Of a DNA stretch of 64,000 nt, positions 22,730-35,315 are shown piece after piece (position 1 is the first letter of the stretch; each line of letters starts with the position of its first letter). The notes beneath the pieces were generated by a model. The model was not told the origin of the DNA. It searched no databases and saw nothing but the letters and a program-made list of their open reading frames with translations. The position numbers were made by a program, and so were the translations under genes. The DNA is from Eutreptiella sp. 'Long Island Sound 2002' (lineage: Eukaryota; Protista; Euglenida). Where the stretch lies: assembly GCA_964036045.1 (NCBI GenBank), contig OZ038378.1:15314001-15378000 (forward strand), in the 5' to 3' direction.

Positions 22730-25700
22730 GGGATCGGTGTGTGTCGGGGGGGTGCGCTTGCTGAACGGTGTTGAGGCATGTGGGCCAGCAGGGGAGGGCA
22801 GGGCAGAAGGCTCCGTACATGGCAGTGGTACACAGTTTTCTGCTCCATCCCCCACCCCCATCCCCTTCCGCGATATATGTCGGGGATTGTTAACCGGGCG
22901 GTAGAACCGTCTCCTACACCAGCGGGAAAGGTAGAGTCTGCGGAGGGGGCTCTCAAATGCCCCATCACCCATTTCAGATCCGGGTCGTGTTGTGTTTTGG
23001 GTGGTACCAAGACCGCCACCAAAACCAACTTCCGCATGGCGCATTGTCGTCGCGTAAGTCGCCGGCGTCTGGCGGTTGGTCAACCGCCAGCCAAACGTCA
23101 TGGGCTGTGCATCGGAGGTGATTTACCGGGGGTTGTGGTCAGTGTTTGTGATCGCATTCGTTATCAGTGGGCGTGTTGTCATCAGATTTGTGCCCCGGCT
23201 CTTATGTCCGTGTACTACTGCGCCGTCTGCCAAAAAAACAACCCTTATTGCCAACTAAGAGATGGTGTCTGTGACTGTGTCCAGGCCGTAGCATTGCTCG
23301 CCTTTGGAGATGGACGCGGTTGTGGTGATCGCCCGAATTGTGCACGGCTGTCTTTTACCGCAAAGGGAGGGGGGTAGGTATGCGGTGGTTACTGTGTCTG
23401 GGGCGAGGCATCTTCGGCGTTGTGCCGTGGTTGCGGAGAGCACCCTTCGAACTTCATATGATCATTGGTCGGCACGGGAGTGGACACCATGGGGGCAGAA
23501 GGCTGCATTGTCGGCCTCTACTACTCTTCTGGTACGTTAATCGTCCCAGTGTACATTGGAAGTCAGTTGACTCCTTACAAGGCACCATATTTGACATGTT
23601 TCATGGTTTCACTCAGGAAAACCTCAAGTTTTAAGTGGCACCATTGCACTCAATCAACAGTGGTTGGTGTTCGGCTGACGGGTGGTTGGCCAGCCAATGA
23701 TAATTGATGGCCAACGCCCGGTGGCTGGTAAGTGGCAGCGGTTGATGATTGGCCCACCGATGCCCTGTTGATGTCTGGGCGGACTGGAGTCCGGCATTTA
23801 TTGCATTTGTTTTATAAGGACAGAATTGTGTGCAGTGATGGCAACCTGCTCTGGCCCTGCCTGGCAATAGCAAAATGACCACCAACGGAGGCTGCAACAA
23901 CAGCCGTTGCAGCACAAGGGAGTCTCATCATGCTGTTTGCGATGACCTTCGCTGCCGCTGCCTCAGTGTGTGGATTGTGTTGCCTTCTGCTGACACATGC
24001 TGGGGCACCGCATGGGTCAGTACAATATGCCCACACTCAGCTTTGGCCACTGTGCCGTCAAAGCAGGCCGGAGACCTCCAAAGACCGCACCAGGCAACCT
24101 TTGTATGGTGTGCAGTGCTGTGGCGTCATGTAAGGGCAGGGCGGCCCATGGGGGCCGCCTGTTTAGATACCCGACCCCAACAGCCCCCCCCCTCCCCCCT
24201 CTGTGCGTGTATAAATCCGAATATTCGTAAACATACAGCGCATTATCATCAGCTTTGCACGTATGAGGCAGTGTTGGGGAAACCCTCCAATGAATAACAT
24301 GTGATGACATGACCATGACCCATCTCACCCGGAGACGAGCTGCATTGGGCGACCCCGTGCAGAGGCCCTCCTATTTCCTGCCTGAACCCCATCACTATCA
24401 ACTCTGAGCTGCATTCCAGCCATGCAACATGCATGGGGCCATGTTTTGGACAGCAGGAGACTTTTGGTCAGTACTCTTATGATGACCCTCACCAGAATAT
24501 GGGGCTGCAATGATTTGGTATGTCCACTAGTACAGAGTAATACAGAGGGGCTGGAAAATGCACCTCGCTAGATGAAGTCCCCCCGCCCCAGCACAGAAGC
24601 CAGGATGCATTCACCAAAGGGAGGATGTCAACAGTATGTGAGGTATGGACACATCCCGGAGATCCTACCCGGAGAAAGTTTGTTGCAAGTTTCCAATGGA
24701 GGCAGGGCTATCTACGTGCATCATTGCATCACGGGCTGTCTTTGTTGTGGCACCAAAGAGGCTGCCCCCTCAGAGCAAGTCTGCCCCTCTGTGGTGTAGC
24801 AGGGCTGCTCTTTGACTGCACAGAGGCCTGCCCCTTTCTGGCATCTTTCCCAATTGCATCTTTGCCTCATCCTTCAATGTATGCATAGACCCAATTACAG
24901 CCCCAGGCCCAGCCTTAGCCCTTGCCCCAGCCCCAGCCCCAATTGAGAACTTTTGCATCAAAGCGCGCCCACAACTGCAGCGACACCCTTAACACTCATA
25001 ACATGGATCTTAACGACCAGAAGTGGGGAAGGCAGCTCGGTGACCAAATGGGTTATCCTTGCTTCAAAACCTCTTACATCCCAGCTGTTCTGTGTACGCA
25101 GATTCTTTGCCCCCCATTTCATGGTCCCCATAAGTACTGCAGTGTGAATGTACAAGTCAATGCTGCAATGCATCACGATACAAAAGTTACAATGACAGGT
25201 GCGCAATTATGAGTGTATCAGAAGGAAGTGTAAGTCTGATTTTACAGCCCAGGTTTGATAGTCACCGCTTTCATGAAATATCAGATGTTGTATATTGGTG
25301 AGTGCTGCTTTTGCGTACAGTTTGTGTTTGTGTGTGTATGTGTGGGCGGGTGGGCCCATGCATGCGCGCTTGTGTGTGTGTGTGTGTGTGTGTGCGTGTA
25401 TGTGTGTGCATGGTCATGAATGTGGTGCCAGGTGGCCCAAGCCAGCCAGACAGGCATGGGCAGAACGGCGAGTGTTTGAACAAGAAGTTGGGAACATCTC
25501 CTTTGAGGCTGATGGGTCAGATGGCATTTTTCATTGGGCAAAATGCTGTGAACTCTATTGCGCTGTACCGTATGCACCTTGTCGTGCTACGGTCACCAAT
25601 TTCACGAAACCACAGCCTCAAAGTAGGGTTTTACAGATTGGCCGATCAATGTTACCTCGAGATAGGACTGCCACCACTCTCAAGGGATCCAGCAGAGAAA

Positions 25701-26999
25701 ATATCGACTCGGACATGGGTACGGGTCGACGCGTAAAGGCTACCGCTGCATCCCTCATGCTGGCAGTATTGTTCCCCACCCCATCTCTCTGCATGACCAG
25801 CCATCAGCAACCAATGAGATGGGGCAGGCTTGACAACCATAATAAAGCCAGCATGAATTAGCATTTTTTTGAGTTGTCCTCTGATGTGCAAATTAGGACA
25901 GAGTCCTATGCAAGGCCGAATGCTAGAAAAATGGATGATTGATGTAATTGTGAAACCCACTGAGCAAGCCATTGCTGAAATCAGGGGCAATTGATCTCAA
26001 AGGACAAGAAACAGATTTGGTGCACTGATGTGGCACGTGTGTGGCAACAATTCGCGCATCCGGGGACAACCCAGCAAAAGTGCAATGAGCATAGTGGAAG
26101 GTGTGAAACAGTGGAAACTACCCCTTTTCCAGCCCCGCCCTCTGTCCAGCCCCCCCCCCCCCCCTTGGGAACCGTCAGTTTGGACGCCCCTGAAGTGCAG
26201 AGTGCCTGGGACAAAGCAGGCTGTGGTATTTGGGGCCTTGGCCATGTTTTTCGAGGACAAGCTTCCCTTCACAATGACATTGTTGACAACAGTTTTGTGC
26301 TGAAGAATAAGAAGCCCGAAACCTGTTCAAAAACCTGCAGCCACAAAGCCTGCCCCAAAGGCAAGCATGTGCATTTGTTCAAGATGAGGTGCAAGGTTGG
26401 AAAGGGTGTCTATTCCACAGCTCCTCATGCGATATTTGGCCTGGTTTCCTCAATAGCACCTGAAGGTTGAAGGCCCAAAATAACGCTCCCTCAAAGATGC
26501 CCGGCGCGCACCCTGTGCGCTAACGCCCATGCGGGGGAGGAAATTAGGGGAAATGGTTGGGAATGGGCAAAAATGGTTGACAATTCAAATATGCCACATC
26601 CTAAATGCTTAGGAAGCCAAAAAACCCCTGGTATGGAACCAAAAACTTGTGAAAAGGGGCCGAAACTAGGGTTCAAGTATTTGCCGACATCCAAAACTTC
26701 GCACTGCGTGCGCACTGTGTGCACAGCATTCCCTTTGTCAGTAAGAGATGTGCCTAGGTTGAATTTTTTGGCGAGCACATGCAGCAGGTTTTCAGAGGTT
26801 CCAGAAACAAAAGATAGCCCCACCTGCCAAGGCCCCAGAGCAGGACACAGCACCCAATTGACTCCCCCCATAGGACACTTGCATCTGCACTTGCACCATC
26901 AACACCCTGCAGACACAAATGAATGCGGGTAAAGGGTGCACAGGTCACTCTTACCCTTTCAGGTGACAAAGTTTCATGTGGGATGGTGAAGGCTCACTG

Positions 27000-27565
27000 C
27001 AACGGATTTTGATGCGATACAAGAGCTGATGATGTGGGGTATTGCAAACGTGAGGCTCCACTTTTTTTTTGGCAATTGTCCTCACTCCCCATCCACGCTT
27101 TGTTGCGTGGCTCCTTGAGTTGGGGTTAGGGGCCGCTTGCACACCGCTGTACCTTATATTGGTCGGAAAACTTTGAGTGACGACCAACAAGAGTATAATG
27201 ATGTTCATGGCTTGTATCGTGCAAGGGTGGAGCACCTCTTTGCACGGTTGTGGCAATGGAGGATTGTCCGCAATGTTTGGACAGACTGTGCAACGGATTT
27301 GCATGGCCATGTGCGTATTTTGCTCCACCTTACTCAATTTTGCATTCGCAGACAGACTAGGTATCAACCCTATGGACCTTGGCCTCATGTGCCAGAGTCT
27401 GTATGGGCACAGGAGGAGGCAACCATTGTAGAGGAGGAAAATGATGACAGTGTTTGTTGCCAATTGTGTGGCCAGTGTCTTGGTGATATATCCGAGTGTG
27501 GCACTTGCCACTTGAACATGTGTGCATCTTGCATGCCCTTGCATAGTCGTACTTTACAAGGCTGA
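27000..27565 (+). pseudogene. PIF-Harbinger/ISL2EU (IS5-like) transposase C-terminal half with terminal Cys-rich finger
   Basis: ADxxGY-like remnant near 27025. VPYIGRKTLSDDQQEYNDVHGLYRARVEHLFARLWQWRIV matches the DDE_Tnp_4 N...s..R..VE..F..LK pattern. Ends CQLC...CGTC...CASC..H. Confidence 0.75.
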
Positions 27566-29667
27566 TTTGCTTGTTCATAACGACAGTTGATTACCAAGTT
27601 GAAGGCAGTTTCGTTGTTCTCATGTGGGCTTTGCTGCATCGCCGTGCTACTAGACAAGTGAGAGGTATTCTTGGGTGAGTATCCTAGCCTCTGCGTGCGC
27701 AATATGCACGCAGTGCAAGAATTTCCCCAAAGCTCGAACTTTTGTGGACTCTGTGGTACCAAGTACACTGAGCACATCACTATACTTCGAATATCGCAGC
27801 TCATTTGCACGTGCAATTCATTTGCAATAGGCCTTTTTCACCTTCTATTTGGATCTTTTTTGATATCTTTGGTAACGAAGGACACCGTGGCACCTACAAG
27901 CAGAGAGGAAGACATTGACAAATTAAACAACTCTAAAAAAGGAAAGAAAGAAGTCTTGACAGTCAAACGTGCCCTCCTAGACTACACCACAATTTAACCG
28001 CTCTTGGGTGTAGTGAGAGAGCGCATAATAATTTTGTCCCACAAATGACACAAACTATAGGAGCTTTGTCTGCCCCAACGGCCAAATAGTTACATTCCAC
28101 GCACAGTGTGCGAGTTTGTGCCGAAGGTGCCCTCTGAATATTCTTACAATTTGCTTGGTACAACTTTGATGGCTCAAGGGACCGGCACAAATGGTGTTTG
28201 GTAAGCAACCATTCTCTTACCTTCACTCACACTACACCACATTGGTCATTGGTACCAAATTAAGCCAAACCCCCTTCCCCTTGCGCAAGATCAGTTGAAG
28301 CAAGGAAAATGATAGTACAACAGGGTCGTACTTAGTTGTTACTTCACGCCACCCATGGTACGACAAAGCAGAGACACACGAAAAAGCTGCCCACACTTCG
28401 TGCAGAACAAAATCCTCACACCGACATGTATTGCACATCCCTATATTTGCTTGAAACACATGGTAGGCACATGAAGGAGGTTACTACCCAGAAATTTGGC
28501 ATTGTGCTCCTTCTACGTACCAGTGTTCATTTAGCTTTCATTTTCTGAGGAATATTGAGAGGACTTTGTACATCAACAATGAATGCTTGTGCACTAGAAC
28601 TATGGTAGCAGTAGACCGCCGCCATAGCTTTTGACAACAGATGAGCTGTCAGTACAACTTGTTGGATGCAAGAAGAGACCGAATCACCAAAAATATTTCA
28701 AAAAACGAATAGAAGTTCCCCAAATTCTTGAAATTTGCTTGATATTTGTTGGATGTATGGCTCACTCCTCATTAAAGCATTGACATTGTACAACACCCTA
28801 CAAAAAAAAACTAGAACGCCATCCCCCACCTTTCAGGGTGGGTATAGCATTGTAGATGAACGGCAGGGTCAAGGGGGGCTATAGGTGGCAAGTCACTCCC
28901 TAGTCAAGGGCTGAATTTTCCCTCGTGTGCCATGGGGGCGCCCTTAGCACAGTGTGCGCACAATGCAACTATTTTGGTGTGTGGCCATACTAGAAACCCA
29001 TACTTTGTGATACTAGGGGCATCATCGGTGATACTAGGGGCATCATCGTTATTTAACGGGTATTTTGTTGCTTCTTCGGCATTGAGGATATGGCATATTT
29101 GGAAGTTCACCCATTTCACCCATTTTCACCCTCTTCACAATTTTTTTGCCGGACAAGGAGGGCCCACAATGCTCCCTCCCGTAGTGGTCCCATTCAGCAA
29201 AGGGGGTAGCCAATACTCCTATTAGTCCCATGCATTGGACAAAGCCCATTGATAGGGGGGATGTGTGTGCGCTTTATTGCACCAAGTCTAACATTGGCTT
29301 ATGTGTGTGTGACAAGTGTCAATTGACATATGCTACATATTGCATTGACACGCACACATATTACAAGCGACTATTGCTTAACCCCCCTTGTCTTTTCCCA
29401 ACAAACCTTCTGTGCGCTTTGGATTTTGCAATTGTGTCACACTGTGCACACCCCGGGGGGTGCAGCTCTGTGGGTTACCCCCCCCCCCCTCCCCCGTCCC
29501 AAGGGGCCTCTGACGAACAGTTAGTTGCCAAAGGTGCTGCCCTTAGGAGTCAATGGGCGCCAAAGGTGCCCGACGCTCCATGGGCACCAAAGGCGCCCGA
29601 AGGAAATTTTTGTCCATTTTGCACATTATCTTTAAACCCAACCCTAACCCTAGCCCTAACCCTAGCC

Positions 29668-31246
29668 AGGATTGAATATTGGGACCGAGCTAGTGGGGGA
29701 AGGAACATCGTCTTGGAGACTTCAACCACAAATGAGGTACGCACTGGAAAATGGTTGAGAGCGGCTCAAAAGGGGCCCAAAATGAGCTGTATTCATCCGT
29801 TTGGGCGCCACACCTGGAGTAGGATCATTTTTGGAAAACCATGATTTTGACCCGTTTTTGAGCCATTTGTGGTCCCAAATTGGCCCATTTTTAAGCCCCT
29901 TTCGGCCTTGAGAGGGGCCAAAATTGCTCAACATGTGGTCCAAATGGGCTCATTCCAATTGTTTGTGCACCCCAAATAGTCCAAAAGTATCTTTGGAAAA
30001 ACACAATGTTGATCCATTTTTGGCTGATTTTTGGTCCCAAAACAACCCATTTTCAAGGCATTTTGTGACTCTGGTGTGGCCAAAATGGCTTGCAATGGGC
30101 TCACAAAGGGCCCATTTTAGTTGTTTGTGCACCCCAAATGGTCTAGGATCATTTTTGGGAAAACACACTTGTGATCCATCTTCGACCCATTTTTGACCCA
30201 TTTTCGGTCGCAAAACAACCCATTTTCAAGGCATTTTGTCACTTAGGAGGGGCCAAAATGGCTTGCAATGGGCTCAAAATGGGCCCATTTTACTTGTTTA
30301 GGCACCCCAAATGGTCCACGATCATTTTTTGGAAACATATATTGTTTACCCATTTTTGACCCATTTTTTGTCCCAAAATAGCCCATTTTCAAGGCATGGT
30401 GGGAAATTACAAGGGCCAAAACGAGCCACCATATGCTCAAAACGCGCCTCAAATAGTTGTTTTGGCATTCCATGTGGTCCAGGATCATTTTTGAAAAAAG
30501 TCATTTTTTTTGCACCCGGTGGACCTTGTGGACCATTTTCGCACCCACCTCTTTGGGCTACCTCTTGCAGCTTGCCACAACCCACTGGGCCTAGGTACGG
30601 GAGTCTAGGCGTCGGTTATGGCAATTTTGAGGGGTAGAAACCACCAAAAGTGGGTGGTCGCGGGTGGATTAGGTGCGCTCGAAATCGCGTTTTGAGCCAC
30701 GTAGCCCGAGATATGGTCTGTTTTTGGTTTGGGGCTGTCGGCGGCCAATTTGCACAAATTATGGGGCTTTCGGGGGCCTTTTGGGGCGGTTCGCGGACAT
30801 ATTGTGGAGTTACAGGGCCCTAGAGCAGTAGAGGGCCCTTCAGCAAGGGGAAGTCTAGCTGCATTGGTAGAGTAGCCACTATTTCCCCTGATTTGGCCGT
30901 TTTTAGCAGGTTATAGGGCAATTTTGTGCAAAAAAAAGGCTGATTTTGGCCCTAAATTTCAGATTTTGAAATGGAGGTCCGGCGCTTGCAACGCCCGTTC
31001 CCGGCCGCCACCGTTGAGTTTCTGGCTCATACTTCGTGTGGTTTTCCCTCACACCCATAGATAGCATCCACCAAAATTACCAAAATTATGGCCGAATCCG
31101 AAGCACCATGATGGAGCTGTGATTTTTGCCTATTTCGCGCGTGCTTGCTGCTTGCTTGCTTGCCTGCCAAACCTATTAGGTCCATCCTAGACACTAAAGA
31201 GGGTTATAAAACCAAGACTGGTTCCACCAGCTTGGTGACCCTAATC
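29668..31246 (+). mobile_element. Family D element, copy 1, inserted in the CCCTAA/CCCTAG tract of family C
   Basis: Starts AGGATTGAATATTGGGACCGAGCT and ends CCACCAGCTTGGTGACCCTAATC. 13-bp subterminal IR. About four internal ~165-175-bp sub-repeats. Confidence 0.75.
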
Positions 31247-32376
31247 AAGACTGAATATTGGGACCGAGCTGGTGGGGGAGGGAACATCAGCTATGACGGT
31301 TGAGGGACATCAAGAATGATTCACACATTGATGGCTCTTGACAAAGTGAAATCAGCTTGCAAGTGAACCCCATCACCATGAGGCCCACTTTCAAGGCTTT
31401 TTGGACTTCTGAGGGGCCAAAATGCCCCAAAATGGGCTCAAAATGGGCTCATTTCACCCGTTTGTGCACCCCAAATGGTCTGGGATGAGGTTTGGAAAAA
31501 TGTGTTTTTGACCCATTTTTGACCCATTTTTGGTCCCAAAACAGCCCATTTTCAAGGCATTTTGGGATTTTCGGAGGACCAAAATGGGCCACCACAAGCT
31601 CAAAACGGTCCAAAAACACTTGTTTTGGCGTCGCACATGGTCTAGGACCATTTTTGAGAAAAGTCATCTTTTTGCCCGTACTGGACCCTGTTGACCCATT
31701 TGGGCACCCACCTGTTTGGGCTTGAGCTTGCAGCTTGCCGCAGCCTAGTGGGCCTAGGTATTGGGGTCTAGGCGTCCGTTGGGACAATTCTGAGGGGTGG
31801 AAACCACAAAAAGTGGGTGGTTGCGGGTGGAGTAGGTGCCCTCGGAATCGCATTTTGAGCCATGTAGCCAAAGATATGGCCTATTCTTGGTTTGTGGCTG
31901 TCGGCATTTGGAGCTTGTGGGGGCCTTTTTGGGCCGTTTCCGGGACATATCATGGAGTTAGAGGGCGGCAAAGAGCTCGTTGACACGGGGAAGTCAAGCC
32001 GCACGTTGAGTGTACCCACCGTTTCCCTTCGTTTGGCCGTTTTGAATGTGTTCCAGGGCTTTTTTGGCCCAAAAATGGCTGTTTTTGGCCCTAAACTGCA
32101 GTTTTTGAAACTGAGGTCCGCCACTTGCGAATCCCGTTCCCGGCCGCCACTTGCTGAGTTTCTTGCTCAAACTTTGTGTGATTGTACTTCACACCCATAG
32201 GTATCATCCACCAAAATTTTACCGGAATCCGAAGCACCACGGCGGAGATCTGACTTTTACCCATTTCGCGCGTGCTGCTGCTTGCTGCTGCTGCTGCTAA
32301 ACCTGGTAGGTCCACCCTAGACCCTAAAAAGGGTTATAAAACCAAGACTGCTTCCACCAGCTCGGTGACCCTAGTC
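31247..32376 (+). mobile_element. Family D element, copy 2 (diverged subfamily), head-to-tail with copy 1
   Basis: Starts AAGACTGAATATTGGGACCGAGCTGGTGG and ends CCACCAGCTCGGTGACCCTAGTC. Perfect 13-bp subterminal IR. Collinear with copy 1 but heavily diverged. Confidence 0.75.
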
Positions 32377-32726
32377 CTAACCCTAGCCCCAGCTTGAATC
32401 CTAGGCCAGGGTCAGAGTTATTGTTTGGGTCCAAAATGGAGAGAAACGATGCAACAAAAGCAGCCAGGAACGAAATTTGGGGGATCTTGTTCAGCATAAT
32501 CAACATAGTAGTATGGTTAGAGGGAGGGCAAGGGGAGGTAAAGGGAGCTTGATGGACCAACGCTTGGCCTTGGGGGTGTGCACCCCCCAAATCGCCCCGC
32601 TTGGACCCCCCCCCCAACCAAGCAACCCTCCCGGACTCCCCCTCACCATGCAAAAGCCCCCCCCCCCGACATCCCCCCCCTCGCCCCTCCCAGAACCCCC
32701 CGTCCCAAGCCCCCCCCCCCCCCCCG

Positions 32727-33965
32727 CCGCATGTTGGAGGCGACCGAACCATAGGTGATCTAGCAACGGAGGGAGAGGGTCACCAATGGCGGATGCAGCC
32801 CCGTCAACACTCGAAGATTGAGACTGATTTGGTTGCCAGTGCCACACGAAACCATATCACCAGCAGCAACACTGACACCACTCAGAATGGACCTCCCCCC
32901 AGCACCACGCCCCAGCGACTACCCCTGCAGCTCCACCAACGCCGCACCAACACCGACACCAACAATGGCGGAACGCGCTCACCCATGCAACAACAATAGA
33001 GGGCAGCCCAGGACAGTAAAGGACAGCCCCGAAAAGACGCCCAGGGCACCGCGGTCCCTGGGTGATGAGCCAACAGACACTTTACAGGGGAGGGGGGGGG
33101 GGAGGCCGCGGACTCGTCCCGAACCCTTAGACTCACGGCGGGCGCGACGTGCATGGTCTACCACCGCCGCGCCAGCTAAGGCCATCGTGCCAGCAAACAG
33201 CATGCAACTACGCCCAGGACAGACTGGGATATGTGGGCCAGCAGAAGCAAGTGGCCAAAGCCACCCACACCAAGCACACCGACACCAACAAGGAGCCCCC
33301 TTGAGCCAGGATCTCCCTCCTCAAGGGGAAGGAGGGGGCAGGGAGAGACGAACCCACTCCCACTCCCCCTTCCCCCGCCCCCTCCTCTACCCCCTCCCTA
33401 CAACACGCTCCCCTGCCACCCAATGCCCCCCAGGGCAGAAAGGGCTGGAAGTGTCTATGGCGGGGACATTCAGTCTATCAGTACCGACCATTGATCCCCC
33501 CAGGGCAGAAAGAATGGTGAGGGCGGGGAAGAAACTGGGCAGGGGGAAAGGGACGAACCAAGGAGGGTAACAGGACAGGGCAGACTGCGCTCGCCGAAAA
33601 CGGTGCAGAGCGGAGAGGGAGGAGAAGGAAAGGAAAAACGTGAAAGAATCATTGTGGTTGTTAGAAGCCGCTGTCAGGAAAATTATCCTGCAGATGCACA
33701 CCCCAGCGCGCTCAAGTCAGTGCTGGAGTTGGCAAACCCAGCATGGACTCGTAGTGTGCATCTGGATGCACCTGGTCAACAGCACGGGCAACAGCCCGTC
33801 TCCGGGACAGCCGACCCTGGAGTAGGCAAACAGGACAAGTCATCCAGGGGCTCCGTTGACACAACCAAAACACGTTCGGGCCCACAGTGGGTCAGAATGA
33901 GCAGTGGCGAGAGGCCAATAGGCGCCGCCAAAGGCAAACAATCAGATACCGAGGCCTTAAGCCAA
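32727..33965 (+). mobile_element. Insertion into the poly-C tract of family C; its 3' part (33655-33965, family E) ends ...GCCAAACCCC
   Basis: Family C homology stops at poly-C near 32725 and resumes at poly-C near 33970. A related CCTATTGG.CTCTCGCCAC motif lies in opposite orientation at 61380-61400, next to a G-rich tract. Confidence 0.55.
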
Positions 33966-34796
33966 ACCCCGCCCCCCATCCCCCCCCAAGGGGGCCTCCG
34001 GCCAACGGTTAGTTGGGGGGTAAGTTGGCGTCCAGAACCAAGGAGCCGCCTCCCCCATGGTGCACACAAGTTGCTATATTTGAGATTGTTTTCAGCAGAC
34101 GAGCTCAGGTAGTTGGGGTAGCCTAATTTTGAGGCGTTTGGAAGGGGTTGGTCTGCGGGCTCTTCAGGGGGGAGTCTAGCATGCAGTGCGCGTGCAGTGC
34201 GCACAGTGCAAGGATTCCTCCCATGACCAATGGAAGCAGTCAGTCAGTGTCTAGGAACTCAAGTTTCCAATGTGACACATCCGCTGCTATGCTGCCACCA
34301 GGCGAAGTCACAGATCGCTGAGTGTGCAAGATATTGCCCAATCTCAAGGGCAATGAGCAAGGATGGGAGTATGTCTCAGTGTGGTATGGAGGTGAAGGTC
34401 TCAAGCCATCGAGCACCCATTTGCCTTGATCCCTTGAGCCAGTTGGGATGATTTGGTGGGGAATCTGCACCAGAATGGATCTGGGCCCAATTCCTTACAA
34501 AGGAATCGAACCTGTATTTACGGGGCCATCTGCACAAGCACGTGTTTCCTATTGCTGGGGCACTGTCCTGCTGGGGTATGAACTTTTCATAACGGGCTGC
34601 ACTTGCAGTGTCCGTGGGTCCTGCAGCACTGCCGCACCGAAATGTGATCAATCTTCAGGTTCCATTGACAATTAACAGGAGCATGTGCCCACATGTAGTT
34701 GCCGTCTGTCATTGTTTGGTGCCACTTCCATTTCAGGTGCTGCTTTCATGATGACATAACTACCGCGCTGTCTCATGTTGTAATTGTAGCTGTCCC

Positions 34797-35315
34797 ATGT
34801 TGGGGAAACTCCTCAAGAAGAATGTGGTCATGCCAGGGGGCCCAGGTGCGAGCCCTGCGGTGACCGAAGGGCTGCCACCCCCAATTATCGGGAAGCGGTT
34901 TCCAACGTACGTTTGGACAGATGTCATCGTTGGGTATCCCGTGTCCCTGGGCATGATGTTCCTGTTGCCAGTGGTCTGTTTTGCGATCTTCAACGTTGCC
35001 ATGCCCCTTCCGGTGGATTTTGATGATTCCCAGTACACAATCCAGTACGACACGGCTCGGGCGCTGCGTGTAACAACCCTTGAGAAGGAAAATTGGGATG
35101 CCATTAGGCTTGCCAGCCGGATGAAGGAGGGACAGACGTCCCAAGCCTGCGTTGTCCAGGCCCTCAGGGGCCTGGGAACGACTAACCACGTCGCAGAATA
35201 CTTGCAAAATAAAGCCACCTCTTACCAGCGGAAGCGGGTCTACATCATTTACCGGCCCACTGCCCTGCGCCAACCACAACACAGTGCATTCCTCCCCCCT
35301 CAGCGGCGCTACCAG
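34797..35315 (+). CDS. Dispatched/Patched-like SSD membrane protein, exon 1 (cytosolic N-terminus, TM1, start of luminal loop 1)
   Basis: AG at 34788-34789, 7 nt before the ATG (trans-splice-like). Hydrophobic PVSLGMMFLLPVVCFAIFNVAMP. CAG|GT donor, phase 0, matches next exon. Confidence 0.75.

Larger units (their letters stand above)
29495..34045 (+). mobile_element. Family C element (telomere-repeat-containing), split by two nested insertions
   Basis: Segments 29500-29667, 32377-32725 and 33985-34045 are collinear and homologous with the uninterrupted copy at 46632-47310. Confidence 0.75.

Noticed and set aside
23100-23260. RING-like Cys pattern (CCHQIC...CAVC)
   Set aside because: Ligand set incomplete, no splice signals or coding bias.
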